A stretch of 32,609 nt of DNA from Candidatus Heimdallarchaeota archaeon (GTDB taxonomy: Archaea; Asgardarchaeota; Heimdallarchaeia; Hodarchaeales; Hodarchaeaceae), in NCBI GenBank assembly GCA_048881705.1, contig JBHLSH010000042.1, forward strand, positions 1 to 32,609, read 5' to 3'. Under the pieces are notes generated by a model. The model did not search any database. It was not told where the DNA came from and worked only from the letters and a program-made list of their open reading frames with translations. The translations under genes were made by a program, and so were the position numbers. Of the stretch, positions 16,025-25,339 are shown piece by piece. How positions within the stretch are numbered: position 1 is the stretch's first letter; every line of letters starts with the position of its first letter.

Positions 16025-17019
16025 AGAATTCCCTCTTCTTTATACCAGTTGATAGTCTCGGTAATTCCAGTAACATAATCGTATTGTGGTTGAAACCCTA
16101 GGAGGTTTTTGGCTTTTTGATTTGAGTAGTTTCGTCCCCGAGTTATTGCATCAATTGCAGCAAGCTGCAGAAAGAAATCTGGCTTTCCCCTTGCTTTGTT
16201 GAAGAGCTGAACAGGAAAAACCAGCATTTTTGCAAGAATCTTAGGAACCGTTAATCGAGGAGTTTTCTTTTCTAAGAGCTCGCCCACCAGCTCTAGTATT
16301 TCATCAACGCGTTTACATTCATCTGAAGCAAGGTAAAAGATTTGCTGATAAGCTGCCTCTTTTTGTGCCAATATGAATCCTTGGGCAACATCCCTGACAT
16401 GAGTGAAGTGTATTGTCCCTGTATTACGTACTCTAAACCATACAGACAATTTATGTTTCGCTACTGCCTCAATAAACCAGAAGGAGATGTCATCGATATT
16501 GTGTGGGCCGTACATCCCCGAAGGCCGGAGAATTGTCCACCTCATTTCCCCCTCATGTTGTTTAACGATCTTCTCAGCTTTCATTTTTGAATGACCATAC
16601 TCAAACTGCGGATTATACGGCGTTTCCTCAGTTATGTAATCATTACGAGTTTGAGCGGCCAATGTATCCACAGTTACCTCTGCAGATGAGCAATAAATGA
16701 ATTGAGTGACCCCTGCTGCCTCGCAGGCATCTAATAAAGCCCTTGTTCCTTCAACATTATATTTCTGATATAATTTTTTCTTTCCAAGGAAGGTATAATA
16801 GGCTCCGATGTGGTGCACTATTTCCGTGCCCCTAGGAATCGAGTGGAGAGAACTAGGGTCACCAAGGTCTCCAATTTGGGTGTCAACCCCTAATCTATCC
16901 AGAAAGGAGGTGTCACTTGAACCTCGTACCAGGCAGACCACGTCATGATTTTGCTCAACTAAGAGCTGAACCACATATGAGCCCAAAAAACCAGTGCCGC
17001 CTGTAACTAGGATTTGCAT
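16021..17019 (-). CDS. Extended SDR, NAD-dependent epimerase/dehydratase (3-beta-HSD/HpnA-like)
   Basis: TGGTGFLG, 'YNV.GT', catalytic YGHSK (YxxxK), 'RPSGMYGP'. ATGA overlap with the kinase gene. Confidence 0.88.
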   Translation of the reverse strand: MQILVTGGTGFLGSYVVQLLVEQNHDVVCLVRGSSDTSFLDRLGVDTQIGDLGDPSSLHSIPRGTEIVHHIGAYYTFLGKKKLYQKYNVEGTRALLDACEAAGVTQFIYCSSAEVTVDTLAAQTRNDYITEETPYNPQFEYGHSKMKAEKIVKQHEGEMRWTILRPSGMYGPHNIDDISFWFIEAVAKHKLSVWFRVRNTGTIHFTHVRDVAQGFILAQKEAAYQQIFYLASDECKRVDEILELVGELLEKKTPRLTVPKILAKMLVFPVQLFNKARGKPDFFLQLAAIDAITRGRNYSNQKAKNLLGFQPQYDYVTGITETINWYKEEGIL

Positions 17020-17032
17020 GATGTTGCCTTCT

Positions 17033-18265
17033 TCAAATAAGGATAATCATTGAAATACAAAGAAAAACAAGAATAGCAAGCAGAAGGCCTGGAACATCAA
17101 AAATACCTAAGATAATGCCACCGAATATAGTGCCGATTATTGTTCCCCCCCCTATCATTGCCTGGCGAAGAGACATCGCTTTTGCAACATGTTGTTCGCC
17201 GATTCGATCGATAGCCCATGCCATTGGTGTTGGAACTAAAGATACTGCCAGGAAAATCAGTGAGAGGAAGATTCCGATTATTACCCAGATCCAAATTTCA
17301 TTGTTCGATAGGCCGATAACAAGTGGTACTAGGTAATCTAACTGGATTAAGGCCAACATCAAGCCCAGTATTAAGCAGGTACTAAAGAAACCAACACCTA
17401 GAACTCGGCGTCTTGCCCATCTATCAGAAATTGCCCCCCAAACCAATAACCCACAAATAGAAGCAATTGAGCAACCAATGAGTATTGTAATAATCGATAT
17501 CATGGGGATTTCTGTTCCAGGAGGTATTCTCTCCTCTAAACGTGACATGATAGGGATAATAAAAGTGCCAAAGCTGATAATAGCTGAAAAAGCTAACCAG
17601 TGTGTTGTTAATTGGATGATGGGTTTAGAAAAAAAGAAACGATTTCTGGGCCTCCTTTGTAATGAACCCTTTATCGTGAGTAAAACCGCTTGAATCGAAA
17701 ACGGAGAATATGATCCATCATCATGAATAAATAGAATTGGGATAGCTGACAAGATCAGAAAAATCCCAAATAAGACGAAAGATAATTCTTTTACAGCAAT
17801 CCAAAGATAGGCCCCGACAATGATTCCCAAAATTCCACTAATTACAAGAATCACATTGACATACGCCATGGATTCTCCAGTCCGATGGGGAGGACTGTTT
17901 TGAACCCAGAGGGCTACAATCGATCCCAAACGCAGCGATGACCCAATGCCAATAATCATGTTCATTAAAAACAAAAACGATGGATCAGGGATGATAGTCA
18001 TTCCAATAAACCCGATGCTAGAAATTAGATTGCTTAGGATTAGAAATTGGCGCCTAAGTCCGTATTCGTCACTTAAAGCGCCACAAAAAGGCCCCATGGT
18101 AAACCAAAAGACAAAGTAAACCGCTAAAATAATTCCGCTTATTAATAAAAAGCCCAATTCATCCAGATAGGCAGCTAACAGGAATTGCTGCGCAGTGAAC
18201 GTGACAGTGACTATTAACTGATATAATGCGATGAGCAGCAAGGATGGCTTAAGGTACAATTCCAT
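17033..18265 (-). CDS. Major facilitator superfamily transporter
   Basis: About 12 hydrophobic segments; motif A-like 'G.LSD.YG.RR' and 'GAISDRWARR'. Confidence 0.85.
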   Translation of the reverse strand: MELYLKPSLLLIALYQLIVTVTFTAQQFLLAAYLDELGFLLISGIILAVYFVFWFTMGPFCGALSDEYGLRRQFLILSNLISSIGFIGMTIIPDPSFLFLMNMIIGIGSSLRLGSIVALWVQNSPPHRTGESMAYVNVILVISGILGIIVGAYLWIAVKELSFVLFGIFLILSAIPILFIHDDGSYSPFSIQAVLLTIKGSLQRRPRNRFFFSKPIIQLTTHWLAFSAIISFGTFIIPIMSRLEERIPPGTEIPMISIITILIGCSIASICGLLVWGAISDRWARRRVLGVGFFSTCLILGLMLALIQLDYLVPLVIGLSNNEIWIWVIIGIFLSLIFLAVSLVPTPMAWAIDRIGEQHVAKAMSLRQAMIGGGTIIGTIFGGIILGIFDVPGLLLAILVFLCISMIILI

Positions 18266-18323
18266 TATGAGAGAAGAATATCGATCTCGTTGTTTCTGCG
18301 TTGGAGATCACCGCCTTTCCTTT

Positions 18324-19454
18324 TTAAATCTCAAAATAATCTGCGGCCTGAGTTAAAACTCGATTTCCTGAGGTGTTAATGACATAAGTATCTTCTATCC
18401 CGAGCGCCATGAGATTTGGATCAATAAATTTTGGTTCACTAGCCAAAACGTGTCCAATTTCCAAGGAAGGGCCCTTCTTATAAAATATTGGAAGTTCATC
18501 TAGTTCCAAACCTACACCGTGACCAAGAAAGGGTGATTTATCAGCCTGATATCCCATGAAATTCTCATAAATTCCTAGTTCCTTACTGAGTTCCATGACA
18601 TCTCCGAATAGTCGTCCTAAGGACATATCTGGCCTTAGATTGTTGGTGATAAAATTCTTAATGGTCTGAAGTGCCTCTAAATACCCCCTTGTTTCTTCAT
18701 TGAAATGGCCGCAAATAAAAGTTCTTGTTGTATCTGAAATATACCCGTTATGGTTTCCACATGCATCGATAAAGAAAGGGGTATTCTTTCCCAATTTTCT
18801 GGTTGACCCTCCAAAAGGATATTTTGCGGAAAGTCCGTGTCCAGAAATCGGTGTGAATATGATATTCGAAGTAGCTGACGCGCTAGAGATAACATAGGGG
18901 TATTGGAGATTCAAGGCGTTGAATGCTCTTGTGGTGACATGACCAGCGTGTCCGTTTTTAAAAAGCCAAGTGTTAAGACTGCTTGCCAATTCGATTTCCG
19001 TCATTTCTGGAGTCGTGTATTCTACACAATAGGTAAACATCTGATCTATTAATTGGGCGGCTATTTTTATCTGTGCGATTTCGAATTCAGTCTTAATGGA
19101 ACGAAGTTGACGCAACAAGACGCTACCGTCTTGAAACTCATATTGATTCTGGGATAATTTGGTTAAATACTCGTATCGGGATACTGGTATGACGTCTTTT
19201 TCAATAATAAGCTTTGCTTGCCTTTGGATTTCTAGATGATCAAAAAAATCCGAAAATTTAACTAAATCAATGATCGAGTCTATTTGTGAGTATTCCCTTG
19301 CCAAAATAATGTTTCGTCTGACCAAATGCGTGGGACTCGCTTCAGATGGAACATAAAGAACTCCATCTACCCCAATCCCAGTAAAGTAATAGAGACTAGG
19401 AACAGAAAATATGAGAGCACCGTCTAGCTGTTCTTTTTGCAGTCGTTGTTGCAA
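18324..19454 (-). CDS. Xaa-Pro peptidase, M24 family (creatinase-like N-domain)
   Basis: Metal ligands in 'IDACG...GY.SDTTRT', 'GHGVG', 'SEP', 'IEDT'; 'RSIKT..E'. Confidence 0.9.
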   Translation of the reverse strand: MQQRLQKEQLDGALIFSVPSLYYFTGIGVDGVLYVPSEASPTHLVRRNIILAREYSQIDSIIDLVKFSDFFDHLEIQRQAKLIIEKDVIPVSRYEYLTKLSQNQYEFQDGSVLLRQLRSIKTEFEIAQIKIAAQLIDQMFTYCVEYTTPEMTEIELASSLNTWLFKNGHAGHVTTRAFNALNLQYPYVISSASATSNIIFTPISGHGLSAKYPFGGSTRKLGKNTPFFIDACGNHNGYISDTTRTFICGHFNEETRGYLEALQTIKNFITNNLRPDMSLGRLFGDVMELSKELGIYENFMGYQADKSPFLGHGVGLELDELPIFYKKGPSLEIGHVLASEPKFIDPNLMALGIEDTYVINTSGNRVLTQAADYFEI

Positions 19455-19557
19455 CCTAGTTATTCTAGATTGAATTTCAGATAACGGGATTTTCGAATAA
19501 TGAAACGAAATGTTTGGTCCTCCTGAATACCATCAATGAGGAATAGCTTTAGAGATG

Positions 19558-20160
19558 CTAAAAGGAGTCCAATTCGTCCAAAGCCTGACGAACCCTTGCA
19601 TCTAGATCGTCTTCTGTAGAGATCCCTGTTGCTAATCCTTCAATACTCCGTATCATCTGTTCTTCTTGCTCAGTAAGTTGCATCAACTGTCTTTGATAAA
19701 GCCTTTTGTATTTCTCGGCCTTTGCAATATCTCCGACATGATAATTCGCTTCTGAAACAATATAAAGGGCTGTTGTAAATGCAGGAGCATTATCGAGAAT
19801 ATCATCAAGCGCTAGTGCCTCAGATGCATGAGTAATCGCTTCTACAAAATTTTTGTTGTCTGTTTCAATCCAGGCAATATTCATAAATGCCTCAACGAGA
19901 CCTCGATTATAATTTATACGAAGGGCCAAGGTACGAGAGAAATTATAGGATTTTCTAAAGCGCTCACTGTCGTTGTTCAAATAATGCAGGAGGATCAGCT
20001 GGTTATGAATATCCACGAGATCCTCTACCGCATTGTTTTGGATTCCTATCTCATGGGCCTGATTCAAGAGTTCGATGGCCTCAGTAATATTGTTCCGCTG
20101 TTTTTGAGCCTTAGCCTTTAATAGAAGCGTTTTTATTTCCTCTATTGGAATTTCCTCCAA
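19558..20160 (-). CDS. TPR-like helical-repeat protein with acidic C-terminal helix
   Basis: Repeated 'AIELLNQA', 'AITHASEAL', 'LY...G....A..Y' amphipathic helix pairs. Confidence 0.6.
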   Translation of the reverse strand: MEEIPIEEIKTLLLKAKAQKQRNNITEAIELLNQAHEIGIQNNAVEDLVDIHNQLILLHYLNNDSERFRKSYNFSRTLALRINYNRGLVEAFMNIAWIETDNKNFVEAITHASEALALDDILDNAPAFTTALYIVSEANYHVGDIAKAEKYKRLYQRQLMQLTEQEEQMIRSIEGLATGISTEDDLDARVRQALDELDSF

Positions 20161-20681
20161 TCATCCTTTGGTTAGTTATTTGGATATTTAGAAGGACATC
20201 ACGGATCTAAAATTCGGACATTATCAAAAATGAAAATATAAACCGGCTATTTATGTTTTCCCATTTTATCCTCAAAGGGATTATGTCGGGATATTTTTAC
20301 TCACAAAGGAGCTTAATCTAATAGGATATGTGTTCAGAGAGGACAATGAAATATCGCTGGTCACTTGCCTTAATTCATCATTGAATCTACTGAACGAGGC
20401 CATCTTGCCAGAATTATGAAGATGGAACAACTTGAAAGCGGGAAAAAGCATTAAAGAAAACCTCTTCTGTTTTATTTCAAAATAAATACAGAATAGTCGC
20501 AAGAATAATTATCGATAAATTTGAAACTTAGCCAAACCAGTAAAACTTCGATCAAGGCTCAATAAATTTGGAATAACAACATCTCATTCTTCTTTCTTTC
20601 AATTTTCCTCCTTAGACTCGAGCTATGATACAGATACTCATAAAAGGAGAGATTCGTGAACGCCGATTGTGAGATGACCCA

Positions 20682-20942
20682 ATGGAAGACGATGAAAATT
20701 TATCTAATATGGAACTGACAATCTTAGAAATCATCACCCAACAACGGGATATTCATATCCCCGTTATAATGGGCCAAGTACAAAGCATGTTCACCGCTAC
20801 AGGGCAGCCTTTTGACAAAGCCCTCTTCCGAGGGAGTCTTCTCCGCCTCGAAAAGTTGGGATTGATTGAAAAGCGAAAATACCCTAACTCTTCCATGGAA
20901 ACAGCTGTGGTTACTGAAAAAGGGCGAGCTCTAATAGATTAA
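20682..20942 (+). CDS. Small winged-helix DNA-binding protein
   Basis: 'ELTILEII...L.RLEKLGLIEK......VTEKGR' wHTH pattern, 86 aa. Confidence 0.7.
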   Translation: MEDDENLSNMELTILEIITQQRDIHIPVIMGQVQSMFTATGQPFDKALFRGSLLRLEKLGLIEKRKYPNSSMETAVVTEKGRALID

Positions 20943-20962
20943 AGTAATGGGGACGGGCTGAA

Positions 20963-22432
20963 TCACATCGAGGTCAAGATCTTCATATTGACAATCCCCT
21001 TCGCAAAGACCTGAGTATTCTGGAGGAATTGCTTGAGCCCATAGCTCTCCAAGGAATAACGAAATTCCCGCTTAGTGTTTTGAAGTATTTTTCGTGGCCG
21101 TAAATAGAACCGTTTATAGGCCCACTTTGTTAGTGCTTTCAGTTCCTGGCGATCTAATCCAGTTATTTCTGTTATGGGGTGAAAGAGGTTGTATTTACTG
21201 TAGTCATGTTCTTTGATCCGACCTTGTTTGAGCATTTGTTGATAAAAATCGGTGCCAGGATAAGGGGTTGCTAGAGTAAAGAGAGCCAGTGAAGGATCCA
21301 ATCGTTGGATGATCCATTCGACCGTGTTGATAATGGAGCTACGAGTCTCTCCCGGAAATCCAAAGGAGACCGACGCCAAAGAATCCATACGAGCTTTCTT
21401 TGTATTATCAAAATATCGTTCTATCTGGTTTATGGTAGTTTTTTTATGAATTTTGTCTAAAATGGTTTGACTCCCTGATTCTACTCCTACAAAAACCAGT
21501 CGACAACCAGCTTTTCTCATCAAGTTCAGAAGTTCGTACTTTCCTGAGTCGGCTCTCGTTGTGGCTCCCCAATAAATGTCCTTTACTTTTGATAGCTCTT
21601 GGGTTAAGTTCTTGACTCTTTTTTTCGAGAGAAAGAAGAGATCGTCGACAAAGGCAGCGGCCTTGATATCCATAACTTCACGAAGGTATCTCAATTCATC
21701 AGCGATTTTTTCTGGGGATCGGGCACGATACCTGGCCTCATGGAAGGCGGAAACACTGCAGAAGTCACAGTGATAAGGGCATCCTCTACTAGTTATGACG
21801 GAGGTTGCAGGAAAAGCGGATCCGAAAATTTTGTACTTTTCCATTGGCAATAGGTGACGAGAGGGTAAGGGTAAACTATCTAGGTCCTTAATAACTGGAG
21901 CGGGGGGATTATGGATGATTTCCTTTTTCCTAGGTTTTTCACCGTTCCTTCCAATATACGAAATTCCTTTGATGTTTCTCCATTCCATTCCCTCTTCAAC
22001 ACATTGGACGAATTCTAAAAACGTGTACTCTGCTTCTCCACGAATTACCGCGGTTATATTACCGTTACTCTGTTTTAAACATTCATCTGGCAAAGCAGAA
22101 GGATGATACCCACCCAAAATTATATGAGGAACCCCTTCTTCTCGTGCAATCTGGGCACCAGTCATGGCGGCGCCAAAATTTGGTGTTAAAGTTTGGATTC
22201 CTAATATATCTGGATGAAATCGTTTCAAGTATCGACGATAATCATTAGGGGTGTAGTTTAAAGCGTGGGAATCCAAAATTCGAACATTTGTGTGTCCTGT
22301 ATATCCATGCTCTTCTAATACCCCGGCCATGTAAGCTAGTCCGAGTGGAGGTGCTGTGAAGTCCAGAAAGGCGAGTTGATATTTGGTTGTAACGCCGTTC
22401 TCGGAAGGAGGTACAAGAAGTAACACTTTCAC
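20963..22432 (-). CDS. B12-binding radical SAM protein (class B methylase-like)
   Basis: 'PPLGLAY.A', 'GG.HPS', 'GEAE', 'TSRGCPYHCDFC' (CxxxCxxC), 'GVESGS', 'PYPGT'. GTG start. Confidence 0.9.
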   Translation of the reverse strand: MKVLLLVPPSENGVTTKYQLAFLDFTAPPLGLAYMAGVLEEHGYTGHTNVRILDSHALNYTPNDYRRYLKRFHPDILGIQTLTPNFGAAMTGAQIAREEGVPHIILGGYHPSALPDECLKQSNGNITAVIRGEAEYTFLEFVQCVEEGMEWRNIKGISYIGRNGEKPRKKEIIHNPPAPVIKDLDSLPLPSRHLLPMEKYKIFGSAFPATSVITSRGCPYHCDFCSVSAFHEARYRARSPEKIADELRYLREVMDIKAAAFVDDLFFLSKKRVKNLTQELSKVKDIYWGATTRADSGKYELLNLMRKAGCRLVFVGVESGSQTILDKIHKKTTINQIERYFDNTKKARMDSLASVSFGFPGETRSSIINTVEWIIQRLDPSLALFTLATPYPGTDFYQQMLKQGRIKEHDYSKYNLFHPITEITGLDRQELKALTKWAYKRFYLRPRKILQNTKREFRYSLESYGLKQFLQNTQVFAKGIVNMKILTSM

Positions 22433-22591
22433 TAGATTTTACCCAGAAGCATCAGTGTTGGTGGCAGTTAATAAGTACTACCATCATATGGGTGAAATAT
22501 TTCCTCTAAACCGCCTCAAGCGTCTTTTTCGGTCTTTCAGCCTCTCTAATGGCAATATAAATACTTTTTGATAGAATCTAACCTATTTTCA

Positions 22592-22611
22592 GAGAAAAAT
22601 AAATATAAAGT
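22592..22611 (+). promoter_or_regulatory. Candidate BRE/TATA for the complex I-like operon
   Basis: Purine-rich GAGAAAAA followed by AATATAAA (22602-22609), about 35 nt before the nuoA ATG. Confidence 0.4.
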
Positions 22612-22643
22612 ATTTTTTTGGACGTTTACCTGCGGTAACCACT

Positions 22644-23027
22644 ATGATATCTGCAGTCGATCCTCAAATCACACATATGGGTCTTTTCTTGATCGCGGGT
22701 CTACTCACGCCCGTGTTGATCAAGCTTATTCAGTATTTATTAGCGCCTAACATTCCTCGTTTACATGCAAGCAAAACTACATATGAATGTGGCGAAAAGC
22801 CAATCGGTGACGCCACTGTTCGTTACAATACTCAATTTTTTACCTTCGCTATTGTCTTTGTAGTGTTTGACATTTTGTCGATTCTATTCCTTCTGTGGGC
22901 ATACGCCTTTCGTATCTTTTCGGGATTAGAATTTATTACTGCGTTGATAGCAATCGGGTCATTCGCTGGACTTTTACTCATAGGACTCTTTTTTTGGTTG
23001 AAAAAGGGTGTTTTGACCTGGGCGTGA
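22644..23027 (+). CDS. nuoA: Complex I-like subunit A
   Basis: 'K.TTYECGE', 'FAIVFVVFDI'; three TM segments. Confidence 0.92.
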   Translation: MISAVDPQITHMGLFLIAGLLTPVLIKLIQYLLAPNIPRLHASKTTYECGEKPIGDATVRYNTQFFTFAIVFVVFDILSILFLLWAYAFRIFSGLEFITALIAIGSFAGLLLIGLFFWLKKGVLTWA

Positions 23028-23031
23028 TAAA

Positions 23032-23703
23032 ATGTCAAAGCTTGGTCGATTCAAAACTCTAGTCAGTCAAACGTTCGGTGGTGCAAAAAATGCAACCGAA
23101 TTGGGAGAAAAACGTACCCATTTTGAACCAATGCCCAATGTAGTGCTCACGAATATCCGGAATTTCGTCGGAATAGTGATCCACCCTCTCCGTAATTGGG
23201 CTCAAAGGGCGAGTATATACCCTGTCTTTTTGGGAATGAAGTGTTGTGCCCTAGAAATGGGAGCAGCGGTGGCCTCGCGTTATGATACGGAAAGAATAGG
23301 TATTTTGCCTCGTTTTAGTCCGCGACACTGTGATCTCTTATGGATTAATGGACCAGTCACTGTCAAATTCGCTCCTCGGTTAAGGGATATTTATGATCAG
23401 ATGCCAGCACCAAAATGGGTATTTGCAACTGGAGAGTGTGCAATATCTGGTGGTCCGTTCTGGCAAGCTCCAACCATTTTAGAAGGTACCGAACTGGTAA
23501 TACCAGTTGATGTTTATGTACCTGGGTGTCCCCCACGACCAGAAGCGATGTGGGCGGGGCTATTTAGGCTTCAAGAAAAGATTCGAGCCGATGGTGTTTA
23601 TGTTCCTGAACCCCTTAGAGATATCCCGCGGGAATTCTACGAGAGAGAATCTCCCCTCATTGATCTCCGTTTAAGACAAAAACAGCTAAAGGAGACAGAA
23701 TAA
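23032..23703 (+). CDS. nuoB: Complex I-like subunit B (N2 cluster)
   Basis: 'CCALEM' tandem Cys, 'SPRHCD', 'GECAISGGPF', 'PGCPPRPEA'. Confidence 0.95.
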   Translation: MSKLGRFKTLVSQTFGGAKNATELGEKRTHFEPMPNVVLTNIRNFVGIVIHPLRNWAQRASIYPVFLGMKCCALEMGAAVASRYDTERIGILPRFSPRHCDLLWINGPVTVKFAPRLRDIYDQMPAPKWVFATGECAISGGPFWQAPTILEGTELVIPVDVYVPGCPPRPEAMWAGLFRLQEKIRADGVYVPEPLRDIPREFYERESPLIDLRLRQKQLKETE

Positions 23704-23705
23704 GG

Positions 23706-24230
23706 ATGACAGACGCGGAAGCTCACTTATCAACCTTAAAAAACCAATTCGGAGAGAAACTTCTAGAGGTAGAGGTTTCTGAACCTACTCGCCTTCGTCT
23801 TCGTGTCCAATCAGCCGACTTACTTGAAATCATGCGCTTCATTGAGGCAGAAATGGGTTTTACATCACTGGAATCTATCTCAGGCGTTGATTGGGAAACT
23901 TATTTCGAAATTGTATATCATATTGATCGTTGGGATGGAGACCCAACGGTCATCCAAGTTAGTATTCATATCGAAGACCGAGAAAATCCTTTATTTCCCT
24001 CTGTAACTTCGATATGGCGCTCAGCAGATTGGCACGAGCGAGAAGTATTTGATCTCTTCGGTATTAATGTCGATGGGCATCCAAACCTTAGAAGGCTGTT
24101 ATTGCCTGAAGAATGGGATGAATACGATCATGTCGATATGACTGCGCTTTATCCCTTCCGTCGGGACTATAAACTTCCAGAAAAACCGTTCCAATACAAA
24201 CCACGGCCCCCCACAGAGGAGAGTTCGTAA
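23706..24230 (+). CDS. nuoC: Complex I-like subunit C
   Basis: 'ISGVD', 'PSVTSIW.SADWHEREVFDLFGI...GHPNLRRLL'. Confidence 0.95.
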   Translation: MTDAEAHLSTLKNQFGEKLLEVEVSEPTRLRLRVQSADLLEIMRFIEAEMGFTSLESISGVDWETYFEIVYHIDRWDGDPTVIQVSIHIEDRENPLFPSVTSIWRSADWHEREVFDLFGINVDGHPNLRRLLLPEEWDEYDHVDMTALYPFRRDYKLPEKPFQYKPRPPTEESS

Positions 24231-24232
24231 TC

Positions 24233-25339
24233 ATGGGTGAATTGCAGACACAAACCGACCGTATGTTTATTCATATGGGCCCTCAACATCCTGTTAACCA
24301 CGGTCTTTGGACATTGAAGGTCGAGGCCGAAGGGGAGTACTGTGTTGGTGCTGAAGCGCTTATTGGCTATATTTTCCGGATGATCGAAAAGATCGGAGAA
24401 TCACGCCCGTATAATGAATTTGTTCCCATCAACGATAGACTTTGTTATGCGGCGAGCATGTCTTGGTCTGGAACCTATGTTATGACCGTAGAGAAATTAA
24501 TGGGAATGGAACTAAATAAACGGATTCAATACATTCGGGTCCTCATGCTTGAGCTACAAAGGCTTGCCTCACACTTGATGTGGCTATCAGCATATGCTGC
24601 GGATTTAGGCGTCCTCACCATGATTTTTATCGCTTTCCGGGATCGAGAATACGTACTAGACCTTTTAGAACATGCAACAGGCGCTCGTATGATGTATAAT
24701 TATTTCCGTCCAGGGGGATTATGGTATGATCTTCCTAAAGGCTTTGCTGAAGATACCTATAGTCTTTGTGACTATTTAGAAGAGCGTTTAGGAGAATATG
24801 ATGCAATGTTCAAAGATTCTAGTGTGTTTATGTTACGAAGTAAAGGAATAGGGGTTTTATCCAAGAAAGATGCCTTGAATCTCGGCGCAACAGGGCCAAT
24901 GTTACGAGCTTCTGGAGTGAAAGCGGATCTCCGACGAATAGAACCTTATCTGGTGTATGAAGAGCTAGATTTCAATATTCCTTCGTATACAGAAGGTGAC
25001 TGCTACGCCCGATTTCAGGTTCGGATGGATGAAATGTATGAATCGATCAAGATCATCCGACAAGCGCTAAATCAAATACCCGCGGAAGGTGAAATCTTCG
25101 AAAGACCGCCCAGAAGACTGCCAAAAGGCGATGTTTACTTCCGGACAGCAGACCCTAGAGGAGAATGTGGATACTACATTATAGGAAACGAAAACAAAAT
25201 TCCGTATCGGGTCAAAATAAAATCTCCCGCTTACACTAATCTTGCGATTTGTGAACATTTACTCCGTGGAGTTAAGGTTGCGGATATCGCACCCATCGTC
25301 GCTAGTGTCGACCTGTGTGTCGGAGAAATGGATCGGTAG
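24233..25339 (+). CDS. nuoD: Complex I-like subunit D
   Basis: 'GPQHPVNHG', 'DRLCY', 'ELQRLASHL', 'RGECGYY', C-terminal 'GEMDR'. No CxxC pairs. Confidence 0.93.
   Translation: MGELQTQTDRMFIHMGPQHPVNHGLWTLKVEAEGEYCVGAEALIGYIFRMIEKIGESRPYNEFVPINDRLCYAASMSWSGTYVMTVEKLMGMELNKRIQYIRVLMLELQRLASHLMWLSAYAADLGVLTMIFIAFRDREYVLDLLEHATGARMMYNYFRPGGLWYDLPKGFAEDTYSLCDYLEERLGEYDAMFKDSSVFMLRSKGIGVLSKKDALNLGATGPMLRASGVKADLRRIEPYLVYEELDFNIPSYTEGDCYARFQVRMDEMYESIKIIRQALNQIPAEGEIFERPPRRLPKGDVYFRTADPRGECGYYIIGNENKIPYRVKIKSPAYTNLAICEHLLRGVKVADIAPIVASVDLCVGEMDR

Noticed and set aside
20281-20502. 73-aa minus-strand ORF in the large intergenic gap
   Set aside because: No motif, weak start and composition resembling translated AT-rich DNA; not supportable as a CDS.
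24233-25339. NuoD as a group 4 [NiFe]-hydrogenase large subunit
   Set aside because: Both CxxC motifs are incomplete (one Cys each), and NuoB has the complex I-type tandem CC.
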